DNA of 64,000 nucleotides from Sandaracinaceae bacterium (GTDB lineage Bacteria; Myxococcota_A; Polyangia; Polyangiales; Sandaracinaceae). Every line of letters begins with the position of its first letter. Positions within the stretch are counted from its first letter, which is position 1. The stretch covers positions 1-64,000 of the forward strand of contig JBGAQA010000026.1 of the NCBI GenBank assembly GCA_044220955.1, written 5' to 3'. Below the pieces are notes generated by a model that was given only the letters and a program-made list of their open reading frames with translations, was not told the DNA's origin and did not search any database. A program made the position numbers and the translations under genes. Shown here one piece after another: positions 59,266-64,000 of the stretch.

Positions 59266-60840
59266 ATGGCGCGCGTGGAGAGGGCTCTCGTCTCGGTCTC
59301 GGACAAGCGTGGGGTCGTCGATCTCTGTCGCGCCCTGGCCGACGCGGGCGTCACCATCCTCTCGACCGGGGGCACCGCGAACGCGCTCCGCGGCGCCGGG
59401 ATCGCGGTCACGGACGTGGCCGAGTACACCGGCTCGCCCGAGGTGATGGACGGACGGGTCAAGACGCTCCACCCGCGAGTGCACGGGGGGATCCTGATGC
59501 GCGACACCATCGGCGACCGCACGCAGCTCACCGAGCTCGGCGGGCAGCCGATCGACCTCGTGGTCGTGAACCTCTACCCGTTCGAGGCCACGGTCGCGCG
59601 CGGCGCGCCGCACGACGAGATCGTCGAGAACATCGACATCGGGGGCCCCTCGATGATCCGCAGCGCGGCCAAGAACCACGCGCGCGTCAGCGTGGTCGTG
59701 GACCCGGGCGACTACGCGAGCGTGATCGACGCGATCCAGAAGGACGGCGAGCCCGGCAAGGAGCTGCGCGCGAGGCTCGCGGCCAAGGCCTTCTCGCACA
59801 CCGCCGCGTACGACGGCGCGATCGCGGGATACCTGACGTCCGTGAAGGACGACGGAAAGCGCGACGCGTTCCCGGGCACGCTCACGTTCTCGCTCGAGAA
59901 GGCCTACGGCCTGCGCTACGGGGAGAACCCGCACCAGGCGGGCGCCTTCTACGTCGAGCGCAACGCGCCCGCGGGCTCGCTCGCGCGGGCGGAGTCGCTC
60001 GGCGCGGGCGGCAAGGAGCTCTCGTTCAACAACCTCGTCGACTGCGACGCGGCGCTCGAGGCGGTGCGCGAGCACACCGAGCGTCCGACCGCCGTGGTGG
60101 TGAAGCACACCAACCCGTGCGGTGTCGCGAGCGCGGCCTCGCTCGCGGAGGCTTATCACCAGGCTCGCGAGGCCGACGCGCTCAGCGCGTTCGGCGGCAT
60201 CGTCGCGCTCAACCGCGAGGTGGACGACGCGACGGCGAGGCTGCTCGTCGAGACCTTCCTCGAGTGCGTGATCGCCCCCTCGTACTCGGCCTCGGCGCTG
60301 GAGCTGCTGCGGGCGAAGAAGAACCTGCGCCTGCTCGCGACGCGCGCCTGGCTCGCGCCCGATCACGCCGAGCTCACCGCCAAGCGGGTCGGCGGCGGGT
60401 TCGTGGTGCAGGACCGCGACGCCACGGGCGGCACGGAGGTGCGCGCCGGCAAGGTCGCGACCAAGCGGGCGCCGAGCGACGCCGAGCTCGCGTCGCTCGA
60501 CTTCGCGTGGCGCGTCTGCAAGCACGTGAAGTCGAACGCGATCGTGCTGGCCCGGTCGACGACGGAGGGCGCCGTGACGGTCGGCGTCGGCGCCGGGCAG
60601 ATGTCGCGCGTGGTGAGCGTGCAGATCGCCGCGCAGAAGGCCGGCGAGCTGTCACGCGGCTCGGTCATGGCGTCGGACGCGTTCTTCCCCTTCCCCGACG
60701 GCCTCGAGGCCGCGGCGAAGGTCGGCGTGACCGCCGTCGCGCAGCCTGGAGGCTCCGTGAAGGACGCGGACGTCATCGCCGCGGCCGACGCGCACGGGAT
60801 CGCGATGATCCTGACGGGCGCACGCCACTTCCGGCACTGA
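59266..60840 (+). CDS. purH: Bifunctional AICAR transformylase / IMP cyclohydrolase
   Basis: [67 protein letters not shown]. Confidence 0.98.
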   Translation: MARVERALVSVSDKRGVVDLCRALADAGVTILSTGGTANALRGAGIAVTDVAEYTGSPEVMDGRVKTLHPRVHGGILMRDTIGDRTQLTELGGQPIDLVVVNLYPFEATVARGAPHDEIVENIDIGGPSMIRSAAKNHARVSVVVDPGDYASVIDAIQKDGEPGKELRARLAAKAFSHTAAYDGAIAGYLTSVKDDGKRDAFPGTLTFSLEKAYGLRYGENPHQAGAFYVERNAPAGSLARAESLGAGGKELSFNNLVDCDAALEAVREHTERPTAVVVKHTNPCGVASAASLAEAYHQAREADALSAFGGIVALNREVDDATARLLVETFLECVIAPSYSASALELLRAKKNLRLLATRAWLAPDHAELTAKRVGGGFVVQDRDATGGTEVRAGKVATKRAPSDAELASLDFAWRVCKHVKSNAIVLARSTTEGAVTVGVGAGQMSRVVSVQIAAQKAGELSRGSVMASDAFFPFPDGLEAAAKVGVTAVAQPGGSVKDADVIAAADAHGIAMILTGARHFRH

Positions 60841-60906
60841 AGGCCCGAGAGCGAGCGGCTGGACGCGACTCCCCTCATCCGTGCGCGCTCGGTATATCCT
60901 CGAGCG

Positions 60907-61443
60907 ATGGCGATCCGGGTGCTGGCGCTCGTCGCGACGCTCGTCGCGGGCTGCACGCTACCGCGCGCGGTGATCCCGGGCTCCGGGCCGGGCCTGGACG
61001 CAGGCACCGGCGAGATCGACGCGGGACGGGTCACGGACGCGGGGCCGCCGCCCATGGACACGGCCCTCACGCCGGACGATGCGAGCGTCACGCCGACGGA
61101 CGCCTGGACCCCGCCGCCCGTCGACGCCTGGACCCCGCCGCCCGTCGACGCCTGGACCCCGCCGCCCGTCGACGCCTGGACCCCGCCGGGCCCCCGCGCC
61201 TGCGACGCGATCTACGGCTCCGCGGACGGATACAGCCTCTGCACGGACGCCCCGACCCAGTGCGTGTTCGTCGCGACGCTCTACTACATCTACAACTGCA
61301 ACGACGTCTGCAGCGACCACGGCGGCACGTGCATCTCGCAGCACTTCAACGGCGGCTCGGACGGCTGCACGCTGGGCGGCAACGACGGGTGCGGCGCGCG
61401 CGGCGCGTGGGACGAGGCCTGCGTCTGCACACACCCTCCCTGA
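60907..61443 (+). CDS. Small lipoprotein with Pro-rich tandem repeat and Cys-rich C-domain
   Basis: VAGC lipobox; (DAWTPPPV)n. Confidence 0.8.
   Translation: MAIRVLALVATLVAGCTLPRAVIPGSGPGLDAGTGEIDAGRVTDAGPPPMDTALTPDDASVTPTDAWTPPPVDAWTPPPVDAWTPPPVDAWTPPGPRACDAIYGSADGYSLCTDAPTQCVFVATLYYIYNCNDVCSDHGGTCISQHFNGGSDGCTLGGNDGCGARGAWDEACVCTHPP
61099..61188 (+). repeat. 24-bp perfect tandem repeat
   Basis: gacgcctggaccccgccgcccgtc x3 plus an 18-bp partial copy. Confidence 0.95.
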
Positions 61444-61503
61444 TCATCGCCCGGTCGCCGGCGAATTCGGCTATCCTGAGGGTCTCCGGATCGTGGAGGT
61501 CTT

Positions 61504-63480
61504 ATGAAGCGCGTCGTTTCGCTGATGCTCCTCTCGCTCGGCTTGGTCGTGGTCGTCGCGGCTGCGGGCTGCGACCCCGGCTCGCCCGTCACCCGCGGAC
61601 GCCGCGACGGAGCGCCGGAGGACGGCGGCGGCGTCATGATGGCCGACGCGGACGGCGACGGTATCCCCGACTCCTTCGAGGGACGCGCGGCCGGGACCGA
61701 CACCGACGGCGACGGGACCGCCGACTACCTCGACGACGACAGCGACGGCGACGGCGTGCCGGACTCGGCCGAGGGCGGCCACCCCGGCGGAGCGCCGCGT
61801 GACGCCGACGGCGACGGGACTCCGGACTTCCAGGATCTCGACTCCGACGGGAACGGCATCCTCGACGCGACCGAAGGTGCGTCGGACCTCGACGCCGACG
61901 GGACCCCGAATTCCAGCGATCTCGACAACGACGGCGACGGAATCGACGACACGATGGAGATCGGCGCGATGCCCTCGACGCCGATCGACGCCGATCACGA
62001 CGGCATGCCCGACTTCGTGGACACGGACAGCGACGACGACACGATCTCCGATCACGACGAGTCGACCGCCGACACGGATCGCGACGGCACCGCCGACCGC
62101 ATGGACACGGACAGCGACAACGACGGGCTCACGGACTCGGTGGAGGCGGGCGACGCGGTCCTGACCACCATCCCGGTCGACACCGACGGCGACCACGTCG
62201 CCGACTTCCGCGACACGGACTCCGACGGCGACGGCCTCTCCGACATGGCGGAGGCTACGGCGGGCACGAGCCCGACGAACGCGGACAGCGACGGCGACGG
62301 CGTGACCGACCTCGTCGAGGTCGCGAGCGGCACGAACCCGATGGACTCGGCCGACAGCCCGCGCACGCGCGGCAACTTCGTGTTCGTCGAGCCCTACATG
62401 ATGCCCCCCTCCCCCCCGCGCGACACGCTCGACTTCGCCACGAACATCCGCTCGGCGGACGTGTACTTCCTGATCGACACGACGGGCTCGATGTCCGGGA
62501 CGATCACCAACGTGCGCACGTCGCTCTCGACGCCCGGCAGCGGCATCATCGACACGATCCGCTTGATGATCCCCGACACGAACTTCGGCGTCGGCAACTT
62601 CAAGGACTCCGGCGACGCGTACATCTACCGGAACAACACGGACATCACGTCGGTCGCGGCCAACGCGCAGGCCGGCGTCAACATGCTCTCGGCGTCCGGC
62701 GGCGGTGACACCCCCGAGGGCGACGTGCCCGCGCTCTGGGCGACCGCGACCGGCATGGGCATCGGCAGCACCGCCGCGCGCACGGACTGCTTCGCCGGGA
62801 CGTTCGGCTACCCGTGCTTCCGGACCGGCTCGGTGCCCATCATCGTGCTCATCACGGACGCGCCCTTCCACAACGGGCGGGGCGGCACCAACGCGTCGGG
62901 CGCGTACCTGAACTACGCCACGATGCTGCCGACGATCACCGACAACCACATCCGCGTCATCGGCGTGGCGGTCGGCACGGCGCCGGTCACGGACCTCAAC
63001 GCCATCGCGATGGACTCGGGCGCGGTCGACGCGGCCGGCAACCCGCTCGTCACGGTCGCGACGGCAGGTGCCGTCAGCTCGACCGTCGTCGATCAGGTGC
63101 GCACGCTCGCGATGGCGACGCGCTTCGACATCTCGACCCGATACGTCGACGACGCGGCCGACATGGTCGACACGTTCGCCGCGTTCGTCGACCACATCGA
63201 GGCCAACACCGCGGGCGACGCGACGCGCGGCTGCGCAGCCCGGAGCGCCACCGACACCAACGGCGACGGCGTCCTCGACACCTTCCCGGACGTGACGGCA
63301 GGCGAGCGTGTCTGCTTCGACATCATCGTGAAGCAGAACGTCACGGTGATGCCGACGGCCGTCCCGCAGCTGTTCAACGCGACCATCGAGGTCGTCGGCG
63401 ACGGCTTCACGACGCTCGACTCGCGCCAGATCTTCTTCCTGGTGCCCCCGACCATCCCGCCGGCGGGCGGCCCGACCTGA
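61504..63480 (+). CDS. CglD-like lipoprotein: thrombospondin type-3 (DxDxDG) repeats plus vWA domain
   Basis: AAGC lipobox; many DxDGDGxxD repeats; MIDAS DTTGSM; GGGDTPE; LITDA; GGAGG RBS. Confidence 0.88.
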   Translation: MKRVVSLMLLSLGLVVVVAAAGCDPGSPVTRGRRDGAPEDGGGVMMADADGDGIPDSFEGRAAGTDTDGDGTADYLDDDSDGDGVPDSAEGGHPGGAPRDADGDGTPDFQDLDSDGNGILDATEGASDLDADGTPNSSDLDNDGDGIDDTMEIGAMPSTPIDADHDGMPDFVDTDSDDDTISDHDESTADTDRDGTADRMDTDSDNDGLTDSVEAGDAVLTTIPVDTDGDHVADFRDTDSDGDGLSDMAEATAGTSPTNADSDGDGVTDLVEVASGTNPMDSADSPRTRGNFVFVEPYMMPPSPPRDTLDFATNIRSADVYFLIDTTGSMSGTITNVRTSLSTPGSGIIDTIRLMIPDTNFGVGNFKDSGDAYIYRNNTDITSVAANAQAGVNMLSASGGGDTPEGDVPALWATATGMGIGSTAARTDCFAGTFGYPCFRTGSVPIIVLITDAPFHNGRGGTNASGAYLNYATMLPTITDNHIRVIGVAVGTAPVTDLNAIAMDSGAVDAAGNPLVTVATAGAVSSTVVDQVRTLAMATRFDISTRYVDDAADMVDTFAAFVDHIEANTAGDATRGCAARSATDTNGDGVLDTFPDVTAGERVCFDIIVKQNVTVMPTAVPQLFNATIEVVGDGFTTLDSRQIFFLVPPTIPPAGGPT

Positions 63481-63551
63481 GCGGCCGCCGTCCGACGGAC
63501 GGCTCGATCGTCGTTGCAGAAACGGCGCTGCCGTTGCGTTACGCTCGGTCC

Positions 63552-64000
63552 ATGCGCTTCACCTCCTTCCTCGGGCTCCTCGTCGTCCTGGTCTCGGTCG
63601 CCGGCTGCCCTGGCAGCGACCCGGGCGTCGCCGGCCCTCCCGCGGGCGACGCTGGCACCGCGACCCGCGACTCGGGCAGCCCCTCCGCCGACACGGGGCT
63701 GCCGCCCGGCGAGCCGACCTACTACGGCGTGGTGGACGACCTCCTCGCGGAGCACTGCTGGGGCTGTCACTCCGCCGCGGGCGGGGGCATCGCGCCCTTC
63801 GTGCTCGACGACTACGACTCCGCGCGCATGCACGCCGGTCCGGTCGCCGCGGCGACGCAGGCGCGCCGCATGCCTCCCTTCTCCGCGGTCAACGACGGCA
63901 GCTGCCGCACGTTCGAGGACCACGGCCGCTGGCTGAGCGACGAGGAGATCTCGATCCTCGGGACCTGGGCGCTGAACGGCGCGCCCGAGGGCGATCCCAG
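63552..64000 (+). CDS. c-type heme lipoprotein, 5' part (runs off the right edge)
   Basis: My translation: MRFTSFLGLLVVLVSVAGC...HCWGCH...IAPF...RMPPF...WALNGAPEGD; absent from the ORF track because it has no stop in the window. Confidence 0.85.
   Translation, partial: MRFTSFLGLLVVLVSVAGCPGSDPGVAGPPAGDAGTATRDSGSPSADTGLPPGEPTYYGVVDDLLAEHCWGCHSAAGGGIAPFVLDDYDSARMHAGPVAAATQARRMPPFSAVNDGSCRTFEDHGRWLSDEEISILGTWALNGAPEGDP

Noticed and set aside
61099..61188. 24-bp repeats as a CRISPR array
   Set aside because: No spacers, in-frame coding, no cas genes.

Overview
Very GC-rich, gene-dense chromosomal window. The gene content (MYXO-CTERM tails, Cys-rich lipoproteins, Ser/Thr kinase with PEGA-like end, CglD-like adhesin) points to a myxobacterium, probably Polyangiales/Sandaracinaceae-like; this is inference. 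About 60 CDS are supportable: housekeeping genes (trxB, tsaD, purH, NUDIX, formyltransferase), two signalling clusters (12.4-16.8 kb and 47.6-50.7 kb), a TetR-associated lipid/sterol-type catabolic region with visible palindromic operators (16.9-27.5 kb), a DUF1214-like/sulfotransferase/P450 group, and many secreted Cys-rich or RCC1-repeat lipoproteins sharing D-[AST]-G linkers. I see no CRISPR array, tRNA/rRNA, integrase, transposase or reverse transcriptase, and no clear new defence or mobile system. Best leads: a Tat-type exported superoxide-reductase-like protein and a lipoprotein/PDZ-like protein with a degenerate NuoH-like membrane domain next to trxB; a Pal/OmpA homologue missing both peptidoglycan-binding residues; the TetR/TPP-enzyme/cholesterol-oxidase region; an RCC1-Tudor lipoprotein; the recurrent DAG motif; and three deletion-like gene scars. 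All family calls come from recognising motifs by eye; no searches were run. Many starts were moved downstream of the ORF-track start.
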